Made by a program: the position numbers and the translations under genes. This document shows positions 11,100 through 22,438 of a stretch of DNA of 64,000 bases, in pieces; within the stretch, counting starts at the first letter, position 1; each line of letters begins with the position of its first letter. The notes below the pieces were generated by a model, which was not told the origin of the DNA, made no database searches, and saw only the letters and a list, made by a program, of their open reading frames with translations. The stretch lies in NCBI GenBank assembly GCA_051362555.1, contig CM120647.1:8990001-9054000 (forward strand), written 5' to 3'. This stretch comes from Lingula anatina (Eukaryota > Animalia > Brachiopoda).

Positions 11100-14000
11100 A
11101 ATCACAAATGCTAAGTTTATTGGAATGAATGTTCAATCTAGATGACAAAAACAATAATAATTACAGGAACTTCCTGAGCTGTGAACCTTTTGAGGAGGTC
11201 AAGGTCAGCCTCGTTTTCATTTTAAAATTTCAAGGTCAAGTTCACTTGAACACAAGGTCAAAGTTTACCGGCTGACCTTGCCTCCAGTACCAGGTTAAAA
11301 CGAATCAGTAAAATTGGAACAAAGTTATATGTATAATGTGAATCTAATGAACTACTCCCAGAGCTGGGAAACAACAAGGAAGAGTTGACAACAGTGAGAA
11401 GTAAAGGCTAAATGCACCAAATGACCTTTGACTTCTGACCCTAATCAACTCTTACATTTGTCAAAAAAAAAAAAAAAAAAATTGCATTCATGTCTTTTAT
11501 CTATCCAATACTGGCCAGTGTGAGAAAAAAGCACCAATTAAACAACAAGACATTCCATGCTTAATCTCTGTAAAAATATTTCAACTCCAAAAAATTTGAG
11601 AGTATTAACATGGATGCCTCTGTGGTAAACTGGTACTCCGTGCTATGAGAACTAAACAGTGTCAAGTTAGAAAAAAGAAAACAAAAGGAGCATAAAAAAA
11701 CCCAAATAATCCATCCATGTATTAACATCCAACCTCCAAAATATTAAAAAATGACACCAATTTTATACAAGTTAACATTTCCGAAGAGACAAATTTGAAT
11801 TATACTGGTACATACAACTGGTGAAATCAGTGCCTTTTCACTAGAAAAAAGTGTGAATGGTGTTAACATTTCTTTGAGAACCCTCTTAATTTTAATAAAT
11901 GCTGCATAGGCATATCACCATTTTCCTTGCCTGACAGTTGGCTATGTTTTCTAACCATATGTATATTTTGATTAAATTCCAAAAAGTTCATTTCATTGAC
12001 AAAGTATGTTATTTCCTCCAAAACAATGATTTCAAGAAAGCACTGAATTACCAAATAATAATAATAATTATTATAAAATTCACATTAACTGACACTCTTT
12101 AGCATACATGACATTATACCAAATAGTCATAACCTTTATCAAATATCTATTTATTCTATTTAACTAGCCTTATTGAAATAGTTTCTGTCACTGATCTGCC
12201 TATTAAAAAAATGCCAGGGAGAATCTACTGGATTTAATTGGGTCATGGTGACCCGGATTCAGTAAACTAGGTCGAGCTGTGTTACTTCTTTTTTTCATTT
12301 GACCTTGGATAGGAACATCTATTCCACAGACTATAATATGAGTGTGGAGAAAATGTAAAATCGACATACCTCTTCGTACCTCTTGGCTATCAAATTATGT
12401 AATCAACATTGCTAATTTTCTATCTACACTTTAATTTCGGTATATATACTTATATACACACATACATCAAAACAATAAAAAGTCAATCAAATTCAATCAT
12501 AATTCCCTGAGTTTGAATAGATAACAACGGAGCTGTTGCCGCCCACACACAGACCCTCGCTTCAAATATATATCACGATCGCCTGTTTTGGTACTACACA
12601 ATTGAGCTCAATTTTTTTTCTCCTTTGGTATTCAAGACAAAATCCCTCCTTTTCAACAAAAAAAATCACCACGTTAATGTTTATATACCCAGACATATAA
12701 TAATCACATAATCATCATCATTGTAGAAGAATAGTAATTACAGATGGACATAAATATTATAACTATTATGATAATATTGTAATATGCTACATTCATCTGA
12801 GGTACCTCTTGATTCCAAGAAACATTTTTTCTGAATGTTATTTTTAAAGCATTTCCAATCGCTTTAAAGCTGCTCTTTGTCCTTTGCATTAAAAACAAGG
12901 TAAAATATTGTTTCATCTCCACGAACCCATTTTTTCATTCCATTCTTTCTATAATCATCTCATTTTGGAAATATTCTGCAGTCAACTGTTAGGCGTGAGG
13001 TAGGTTTGGAAGAGTAGGGTATATATCAAATATTTCAGAAATAAATCCCTTTCAGACTTTTTAATAATGTATATATATATATAGACGTATAAAATTCAGC
13101 TGCTTGCTGTATCTCAAAAGTGTTAAGACTGTGTTACCTAAACGCCCCATCAAAATGCCGAGAATCGATCTTTCTCACACGTTCAAGACCTGTTGCAATG
13201 TGTGTGGTTGTGTGACAAACTTTTCAGATACAGCAAACAACAACTCTGAAGTATTAGCTTTGGTTTTGAGGTAGATTTTTTAAAGCACTTGTCTTCTTAA
13301 AGAGCGTATAATTATATGTAGACATTAATAATACTGGGAAAAAACAACCAAGCTACAGCTCTCCTGAAAACATATATAGATACCAAGGACCCCAAAGATT
13401 CCCTTTAAAATGATAAACATTTACACAATAATATTTATAGAGACACTAATCATTGAAAACAAGGAGTTCCAGAAGACCAATAAAAATGATATTCAACTTC
13501 AAATCAGTCTATTTTAAGGAAAATAATTTTAAATTCCTAAGGACGCATGAATAATCCATCTATACCTATATCAATCGCTTGTTGTTTCTTATCATTAAAT
13601 TAAAATCAGACTTGGCGTTGATATATCCAGTGACAGGCAACCAAATTAATATCAATATTATTTAATCAATATTTAATTAAAATTTTGGAACCCATGGTCT
13701 TCCACAACTCCTTGCCTAAGCTCCTTTGTTGCACTTATCCCCTTTCTATTCACAACATTGTGAACCTCCACTTCACCAAGATTTCTAGCACTGCAAAACA
13801 AAGGTGAAATTTTCCCAATGTGCAGTGTATTTTTAAAATAGTGATAATACTATAGGGTTTACAAAACGTCCGCATCTTTACATGGTGTCGTATACGTCAA
13901 ACATACCTGAGACACAAAAAAAGAATTGAAAAATTCAACAATGAAAAAAAGTTAAATATGTGTTACTCACATTCAATTAATAACCTATACAATCTATTAT

Positions 14001-15507
14001 ACTACCCATAACATTTATACAAGTATATTTAAAAGACTCTTGTTACTTGGAGAAAAACTTGAAAACTGATTTACAAAACACAAGCTTAGGGTCGCACTCG
14101 TGTCTTGTACCCTCCAATCCATCATAAGACCCCATGTTGTACAATTAGTGGACCCCAACTTCAGTATTTTTCTCAAATGGAGTTAACTGCCAAAATGACT
14201 GATTGTCATGACAAGCACAGCCTTGAAACTGGCAAGAGGATATAACCTGAAAATTTAAGGTCAAGGACATATGACCTTCAAGAGTTAATCATATATGGGT
14301 CAAGGTCAAGGTTGGCTGCCCTTAAATCTTTTAAAACATCTGCTACTTTTATTATATATAACTATAATTATTCATTTACAGATATGTATATATATATATT
14401 AAGGTATATAAGGAAGAGCTTTTTCAGTGCTTCTTCATTTCATAAAAATAGTGGAATAACATCCAATCATAATACTTGATATCATTTGCTGCTGCTGCAT
14501 GGATTAAGAATCACTTAAGACTGTGTGGATTTCTTTGGTATAAGTCAGGTACATCACAGTTCCCATATACCACTACTTCAATTCCTCAAAATGATGTTTC
14601 GATATTTCCAAATTTTAAAACAGGAAATAAATTTTCACCAAAATCTGCTTTCTTCGTTAGTATGATGAAGTAGATTTTTAATTGGAAACATGCCTTATTT
14701 GGGAGAATGGCCGAGGCTTCATGCCTTATATGGTCACCAGTGCATATATGGAAAACACTGTAGCTACAAACATATATGGTTTGAGTGATGTACCTATCAG
14801 GGTCATATCCAATTAAATATCCACTTATCCACATATCCTGAAGGATATCTGGGACCAACATATCCACATATCAATCTGAATATCCAGAACTAATATATCC
14901 ATATATCCAGGAACATTATATCCAATTAACCCACCAATTATCTATCACTAAATACACAGTTCCCAAACTACTAACTAAAACAAACATTAAGGCAAAACAT
15001 ATACTTTGTTGGGAACGCTGCTGCCCCCTAGCAAGATGTTGGGAACACTGCTGCCCCCTATCACTATCATTTTCATGGTCATTGTCATCATTCACCTATA
15101 CAAGTAAATCACAAAATTATTCCTATATGTCCCACCTCAAAATTACGCTAAAATGTCCTATGCACTCTAATAAGGTGGTTTAAAGCATCCAGAAAAGGTC
15201 AGCAGAACCTTAAAGTCCTTTGGGAACACTCTTGCTACTTTGGTAAAATCTTTTTTTTTCTTCCACTCGTCTTGTTACATACAATTTCAGTCACTGATGA
15301 CAATTACAAACCCAGATGATGGGTAGTACGGTGGCCTATTCTTTCTTATGACTGCAATATGCTCTCACAAAACAAAATTTCTCCACTGAAAAGCTCTCTC
15401 TTCTTTAATTTGGCCCGTTCTAAATAAAAAGGTCCTGTCCAACTGTAATAAGAAACATGGGAGACTTTCTGGTGTCGATGTCCCGTGTTCTGCTATATTC
15501 GTAGAAC
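11100..15507 (-). other. putative long hb 3'UTR (up to ~4.4 kb)
   Basis: Non-coding and free of recognisable transposons. U-rich on the mRNA strand. AATAAA on the minus strand at 14353-14348, 12155-12150 and 11121-11116. Contains miRNA seed sites. The extent is inferred. Confidence 0.6.
12504..13274 (-). promoter_or_regulatory. cluster of let-7 and miR-125/lin-4 seed-match sites in hb 3'UTR
   Basis: On the mRNA strand: CUACCUCA at 13274-13267 and 13003-12996 (let-7 8mers), UACCUCA at 12804-12798 (let-7 7mer-A1), CUCAGGGA at 12511-12504 (miR-125/lin-4 8mer). Confidence 0.65.
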
Positions 15508-17269
15508 TTACTCAGTCTCATTCTGGTTTTCCTGCTCTTCGTGAGCATTCCTGGCAATATGCATGAAAAATTCCACCTTATCTTTGCCCTCAAAGCCACA
15601 CATGTTGCACTTGTAAGGGTCCGAGTATCCATGGTAACCCATATGCATTGTGAACATGACACAGTCTGCAAAGAGTATATCGCAGTATGGACATTCGTAA
15701 TTGTACCTGCCTGAATCGATACCTTCACCAACTTCATCATCGTTTGCCTCACCGGTGTAGCCATTTTGAAGACTTGATCTGTCCATTTCATCCGAGTTCT
15801 GCTCAGATTTCATGTTGCCCGAGGACTGCATCGAATTTTCTTCACCGTCGTGGTAGACCTTGACATACTGATTCTGAAGGTTGTTTTCAACTGGGGACTC
15901 ACTGTTTAGTTGCCTCAGGCTGTTATGGATCTCATTGAGGTCGCCCTCAGCTACAGGTTTGCTGATGTTTGGGGGGCTTTCTGCACTGGCGCCATCTTGG
16001 GTGTTGTCTTCCACATAACCATCAGAGCTATAGTCCTCGTTGGAACCATAGGAGTTTGGGGAATCGGTTGCCCTCTCTTGAAGCTTAAGACACAGCTTGT
16101 CCAACTTGAATGCCTTGCCCTTACGCGACCGTTTTCTTGGAACACTTTCAGGTTCAGCTTCTCCATTTTGGAACCTGTCCACCTGCACATACTCTCCATC
16201 ACTGGCTTTTACCAGCTGAATGGGGCGCTTTCTCCCAGCAATAGGCATGTAGGCGTTGTAATACTCCTGCCTTCCAGGTGGTGCTGCATTCGGTGCCGAG
16301 AGGTCAAGCGGTGCCTCTTCACTACCGTGTCCACTGCGAGGCCGTGCTGTTGCGCCACTGGTGTTTGGCTCTCCCTGCCTATCACCAGTCACCAGTTTCC
16401 CGCTCAGGTCCAGCACACCAGCACCTGCTGTGGGAGCGCTGGTCACCTGGGGTCGCATTGGAGGTCGTCCTCCGTTCATCATCCACATCTGGGATGGACT
16501 GGCCTTTGGTGGCATGGCCGAATGCTGCATCATCCCTGGGCTCATTTGAGGCAGCTGGGGAGGCTTCACTTGACTGTAAGGTGCTGCTCCCTGTGGCGAG
16601 TGCTTACTGTGAGCCGCTGGTGGTAGGAGCCCTGCTTTCTCTTGGCGCGCCTGTTCCGCGGTGAAGGAGTCGCTGTTCAGGCCGAATGCACTGAAAAGAT
16701 CCTGGTTCTCAGCCGCATGCACCTTCAGCATGTGGGTGCTGAGGTCGGACTGGGACTCTGTCGTGAACTCGCAAATTCCGCATTGAATGACTCCCGGCTC
16801 CTGCTTCACCATTGGGTGCTGCTGCTGCTGTTGTTGCTGGGGGTGGAGCTGAGGTGGCATTCCTGGCATCCCTGGCATTGGAATCATGCCGGGTGGCAAC
16901 TTCTGTGCCATATGAAGTGGGATGCCCTGGGGTGCCATTGGCATGCCATTGGGGGCCATATGCCCTGGCATCATGGGCCAAAACGGCATCATTCCGTTCA
17001 TCATCTGCTGGCCCCCAGGGAAAGGAGGGCGGACCAAGCCAGCCAGTTGAGGATTGAGCATTAAAGGCATGTTCTGGTTGCTGGGTCCCTGTTTCTCCTT
17101 ACGTGGGCCTCTCGGTCCCCGCGGTGGCCCTCTCCTTGGGGGGAAGGTTTCTCCGTCCTCCATGGGCGTGCCATCAATGTTCAAAATGGTGGCCGGCTTG
17201 TGATTGTATTTGCGTAGATGAAGTTTCAAGGAGTGACAGTATTTGCTGGCATAGCTGCAGTCATTACAC
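15508..17269 (-). CDS. hb: hunchback coding exon 4 (MF4, extra finger, basic box, two C-terminal fingers, stop)
   Basis: tttaatttcag|GTGTAATGAC. Encodes CNDCSYASKYCHSLKLHLRKYNH, CGICEFTTESQSDLSTHMLKVH, RKRSRKGKAFKLD, CPYCDILFADCVMFTMHMGYH and CNMCGFEGKDKVEFFMHIARNAH. TAA at 15510-15508. Confidence 0.97.
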
Positions 17270-17394
17270 CTGAAATTAAATAGAGATTTCAAAATTATTT
17301 CCTAAATATGATTTTGTGTCAGAAAATACATTGCTGTAGGACCCCATTTCCAAAGATTTTACATTGCTGTAAGTGTCTGAATTTTTTTTTTCAA

Positions 17395-17625
17395 TTTTTG
17401 AGAAATAACTGACCTATACTGAAACATGAGCACGATCAAAAAATGATGAATCCAAATGATGAATCCAAGCAAAGTAAAATATTACAATTATTTTGTCATT
17501 TTTTGACTAATAACTCATCAGATATCTGAACAAGTGTCTGAAAATGATGAATCCTGGAAAAAGTAAAAATTTTACAATATATATTTTTTTTAACTTGAGT
17601 AATAACTCACCTATACTGATATATG
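17395..17625 (-). repeat. ~100-bp degenerate tandem repeat (3 units) ending in the hb exon 3 donor junction
   Basis: aataactgacctatactgaaacatg (17405), aataactcatcagatatctga (17509) and the true aataactcacctatactgatatatg (17601). The motif aaatgatgaatcc...aaagtaaaa also recurs. Confidence 0.75.
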
Positions 17626-17831
17626 TTGGTATGCGACTTCATGTGGGAATTCAACATGGACTTGTTCACACAAGAGTAGTTGCATTTCAGGCACTTGAAG
17701 GGCTTGGAACCGAAGTGGTTTCTCAGATGGTACTCTAAGTGGTGCTTATACTCCGTGACAAACGGACATTTCGGACACTGCAGGATTTTGTCATCTTTTA
17801 TGTGAGTCCTGGCATGCTCCCAGAAGTCAAT
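17611..17831 (-). CDS. hb: hunchback coding exon 3 (central DNA-binding fingers MF1 end to MF3); not in ORF track
   Basis: tatttttag|ATTGACTTC...CAGTATAG|gtgagt; 221 nt. Translates to [74 protein letters not shown], the diagnostic Hunchback finger sequence. Confidence 0.97.
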
Positions 17832-17875
17832 CTAAAAATATATACAAAAATGATTATACATCAATTTGGCAATTT

Positions 17876-17946
17876 GACACTGCAGAATTGTGTGGTCTCT
17901 TGTGTAGGTCTGGCATGTTCCAAGAAGTCAATCTGAAATATATATA
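17876..17946 (-). repeat. degenerate tandem copy of hb exon 3 acceptor junction
   Basis: gacactgcagaattgtgtggtctc...tggcatgttccaagaagtcaatctgaaatatata versus exonic gacactgcaggattttgtcatctt...tggcatgctcccagaagtcaatctaaaaatatata. A further copy lies at ~18260-18330. Confidence 0.8.
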
Positions 17947-18066
17947 TTTTTTTCAAAACCCCCTGAAGATGCAATGAAACTGGTCAGGTAAAATAACTAC
18001 TGTTTTTTATTTCTTATTATCACATATATATATATATACTCGTACAGGGAAAAACAATTTTACTTT

Positions 18067-18068
<2 letters not shown>

Positions 18069-18127
<59 letters not shown>
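18069..18127. repeat. (AT)n microsatellite
   Basis: Directly visible. Confidence 0.95.
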
Positions 18128-18128
<1 letters not shown>

Positions 18129-20418
18129 CAATGATTATATATCAGTTGGGTATTTTTTTAACACCATAATATTTTTTTTACTTTTGATGTGTTTCCTGGT
18201 GTTTCCAGGAATTTATTTAGAAATACACCTGCAATTCGCGTGTTAATAGGATATATTGAACACTGGAGGATTTTGTCATCTTGTTACGTAGGTTGGTATC
18301 TACTCCAAGTGACAAATCTAAAAATAAACAAATTTTCACTACATTATCATCAATGTCTTGGGTGAGCTTAATTTTCTAGGTTTATAATCAAATGCTTTCT
18401 ATATTTTTTTTTTGCGTGAGCTTTATCGAGGCTAAAGTGACTGCTGAAACCTCAGACTTTCAAATGCACAATGTGACAGAATTTAAAGGTCAAAATACCT
18501 CATGCGGTTAACATCTCATGTGCATGTAATAAGATGAAGCCTTCCTAGAACTGGCAAGCCAGTTGTTAGTTTTTAAAGTGAAGTATAGGGGGCACTACAG
18601 TAGCAGAAGCATTTATGCAGTGGAAGTTAATCAGAAATTGTGCAATACTGTGTGAAACATGGAAGCTAATTAATAACAAGAACAATTATATGGTAAATAC
18701 ATGACATGGCAGCAATTACTTAATTTAAGTGAGTGTCATGAATTTATTATGAACAGATATTGAAGACATTTTTATGTAAATATTAAGACCAATTTTTGGG
18801 CTTTGGTTCCAACCTGATCTGTCACAAAATCAGCCACCAAACTTTATGATACCTTTACGCACTAGAAATGTATTTTTATATTTTAAAACTAGTGTACTAT
18901 TATTTATTTTCTATCATTTAATATTGCTTCATGGCATGTTCTGAAAATTTGTGAAATCATCATTTATTGATGACTTAATTTTCAAATTATCCAAACATGC
19001 TCTAGGTTCAAATGTTTTTTTTTCCAGTAACTTAAACCTCCCTCCCCCCCACTACCAACAAAATCCTTACCACAAGTACACTTAACCCCATGGTCTAATA
19101 CTAACGTGACCCCTTCAACTTGATCTCTATTCAATGGTCAGTGGAATAATGTAATGGAGGCACCAAATACTTTAGTTTGGCAAGTTACTGGGGATTTCTA
19201 GGTGAAAAACAAGAAAATTGGTTCCCGGAGGCTTAAGATTGTGGTATCTCAAATTATTGAGGACTGGGATAATGTTTGATGTACAAAAAGGCCTGATGTC
19301 TTTGGCAAATTTCCGACTTCTTTTCATAACTATTACAACTACTACTTGTAGTTTTACCACAATCAGGCACTCATAACTCTCTTTTAAGCTATCAATGACC
19401 ATCATATTATCAACTAACAAAATCAAAATGACCCACCGAATAGGATTAAAATCATTTTTTTTTCTTATTGGCTAAAGCCAGGGTTTAAGCTTTTGTGCAA
19501 GCCTTTACGCTAAATGAAAAGTGAGACGCATTTCTTTAGTTTCAATTTATAAGAATGCACCTTTCGCAGAGGAGGGGGAATTCCCTTACTTGAGGATAAA
19601 GTTTCTGTAGACTAATTGGAAACAAATCAGAAAGATTTGAAACAAAAGTTCTTGAAATAAGGACATTTCAATGGCATTTTTAAAGCAATAAGACCCAAGG
19701 AAACATTTCGTGTTAAACGTGGGCAGATCATACCCAAAGGACTCGATGGTGCAATTACATACTAAGAAAGCTTATGTCAATTTTCATTTAGCAAGCTTTT
19801 ATTTTCCTTTTCATCTCATTCCAGATATCAAAAAGTCAGCGGAATGATGCAGTTTCCCCATGTTAAGGATATTAAATACCAACTTAAAATATTTTAAAAT
19901 CAGTCACGATCAGACCAGAACTATGGAGACACGTGGCTGCATCCCAAGTACTCTAATCTACTAAAACTCCATTTAGGACCCACTTTCAATCCATATCAGT
20001 TCTAGTCTGAACATGGGCTAAAACAAACAGCATTTCCTACAAACTCCAATCTCCCCTATACCTCCCTTTACATTCCAATCATTTCATTTAACTTTGCCAT
20101 TCATGATCTTCGTCACGTCGGGTTGTTTTCTTTTTTTATAGCGCAAAAACATCTTTATCTTTTCCCATTATGTATGACCTCGGCACCATGAAAACTACTC
20201 CCATGTGACCAAAAACTTGCGGTATGTTTCTTTCAATGCCTATTTAGCGGTGATATATGGGGGGACCATGCATATACTATAGAGGACAAATGCATAATTC
20301 ATCATAATATATTTTACAAGCAGATAAAAAAGTCAGGGGGGAGCGTTTTGTCATGTGTACTTTACATGAAGGAAAGTGATTGATGGAATGCATTTACTTG
20401 TGGCTGCCCAAACTATTC

Positions 20419-20434
20419 TGTGTGTGTGTGTATA

Positions 20435-20476
<42 letters not shown>

Positions 20477-20493
20477 GGAGAGAAAGAGAGAGT

Positions 20494-20525
<32 letters not shown>

Positions 20526-20548
20526 AGTGTAAGATAGAAAAAGAGAGA

Positions 20549-20586
<38 letters not shown>

Positions 20587-20620
20587 GTGTGTGCATGCAA
20601 GAGAGATAGACAGAGAGAGA
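20419..20620. repeat. compound (TG)n/(AG)n microsatellite
   Basis: Directly visible. Confidence 0.95.
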
Positions 20621-21320
20621 ATTCATCACTATCTTCAAATAGATATCAAATGATCAATTCAACTCAAACAGAATGACAGAAAAACAAGATATGCTGAGAT
20701 GCAAAATTCAGGACATCAAGTGACATATGTTAGACAAGATAAGTAGATCATACGATTTCTCTTATCACAATTATCAACTATTGTAACATTCAACAACAAT
20801 TCCCAATGTACTGAACAACAGATATAACTCAGTGAATCAATTAATAATCATGTCAACACTCACAAAAAAGTGTGATAAACCAAACAAAACAATACAGTAA
20901 TCAAAAATATACAACAATGAAAATTTTTACTATCACTGCATGCTGGATCAGACACCCAACATGTGAGCTAGGAAAATGCATTTTTTGCTGTAGAAAATGT
21001 TTAAATACATTTATCCTTGATAACACATCAGTAAGGGCAATTAACAACCTAAATTTGACTTTATGGGAAAAAAATTGTCACTTGCAGAAGCCAAGCTCTG
21101 TGACCTTGATATTTGCTCTGCTTTGTTTTATGTAGAAATTATACCCACTGTTTTTTCATCGCAAATGTTTACTTATGTTTATTTACTGATATTTTCCATC
21201 ACAAATATTTAATTATCTTTCTATACATAAAGATTTGAAGTAATTTCTATCTAGGTTTGAGTGTTAATTCATGATCATATAAAATATACACTTGGTAATA
21301 TACACTAATATGTTGAAAAT

Positions 21321-21532
21321 ACTAGAAAAGCACTCTGAGAGCGCAGACCTCCGCCAAGGCAGAGATTTTTGATTATTATTGATTATTGATTGATTATTGA
21401 TCCGGATCACCACCAAAAACTAATCACTTCTAAGTTAACCTATTTTCCACCTACCCTGAGGTTATGTTGATGACAAACAGACAGACAGACAGACAAACAG
21501 GGGTGAAAACATAACCTCCTTGGCAGAGGTAA
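21321..21532 (+). mobile_element. Helentron-associated non-autonomous element (HINE/DINE-1-like) in hb intron 2
   Basis: 5' actagaaaagcactctgagagcgcagacctccgccaagg, internal gattatt and (ACAG)n microsatellites, 3' acctccttggcagaggt (subterminal IR plus stem-loop), inserted in an A-rich site. A degenerate minus-strand remnant lies at ~47430-47477. Confidence 0.7.
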
Positions 21533-21785
21533 AAATAATGCCTTAAAATTCTCAAATTTTTACCTTTTTACCAGTGTACTTTCCACCTGCTCATTCTTCA
21601 TATACCACCCAAGATGAAACAAATATTATTGCAAATATAGACAGGGCTTATATTTCAGGAAGAATTTAGAGACTGAGGAGAGGATTATGCCACAGAAACA
21701 GTAACCAAGCAACGTCACTGATCCTTTGGTTTTAAACTTAAGAAGGGAAACAAGATCAATTGCCAAAGAGCTGGTTCTTGTCTTA

Positions 21786-22010
21786 GGGTGCATTCCCAGA
21801 GATTTAGATCGCTCCAGAGATTTAGATTTAGATCGACCTAACTCCCTGGGGGTTCACGCTAAATTGCAGTTAGCCGAGTCCTCACCATCGTTAATTACCC
21901 CCTTACAGCTTTTTGTAGGCAGGACAGACACTTAAGCCGGCTAAGCTGACAGTAATCTAGTGAGACTCCCCACAAGGATAGATCAATCTAAAATCTATGG
22001 GACTGGGGTC
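21786..22010. mobile_element. palindromic PIF/Harbinger-like MITE (copy A1)
   Basis: Flanked by TTA on both sides, with cattccca...tgggactg termini. Homologous to 29980-30193. Confidence 0.7.
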
Positions 22011-22013
22011 TTA

Positions 22014-22223
22014 GACCCCATTCCCATACCTAAATCAATCTAGCAGGATTGACCCATTTCAGAAGGGTTTCTTGCTAAATTGCATTAAGTAGCTTAGATG
22101 TCTGGTGAACCTACCGGCGCTGTTGAACGACATCAGAGCCACTTAAGCTGAATGCAATTTAGTGAGAAACCTCCTGGAGACGGCTCGATCCTGCTGGATC
22201 AATCAAAGTATGGGAATGGGGTC
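22014..22223. mobile_element. palindromic PIF/Harbinger-like MITE (copy B1), abutting A1
   Basis: TTA|gaccccattcccatac ... gtatgggaatggggtc|TTA: perfect 16-bp TIR with long imperfect internal symmetry. Confidence 0.8.
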
Positions 22224-22438
22224 TTAGTTTCAGGAACAAACTTCATGACCAATAAAATGGGTCAACTTATACAGTGAACAGAATCTAGTTTAAAGGCAGC
22301 CATGCTGCTTGCTACCATTCATATGAGCATGAAAATTGTTCCTTTAACTTTATAGTGAACAACATTTAATTCAAACAAACACACCGAATGAAGCAGTTTA
22401 TAAACATAAACTAACAAAACAAATAAAGTGTGTTTTAC

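Noticed and set aside
12996-13020. let-7-like miRNA gene on the plus strand (TGAGGTAG...)
   Set aside because: The match is limited to the seed and no precursor hairpin is evident. It is better explained as a target site on the minus-strand mRNA.
11100-15507. Canonical Nanos response element (GUUGU-N5-AUUGUA) in the hb 3'UTR
   Set aside because: AUUGUA half-sites are present (e.g. 13993-13988, 15285-15280), but I found none with a correctly spaced GUUGU box.
15910-17064. Several plus-strand and alternate-frame ORFs overlapping hb exon 4 (up to 238 aa)
   Set aside because: Shadow ORFs of a GC-rich coding exon; no recognisable domains or independent gene signals.
20351-20653. HTHT/CVCV/ERER ORFs (also near 34609-35088, 40742, 44353, 47909, 54162)
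   Set aside because: Translations of microsatellites and CT-rich low-complexity tracts.
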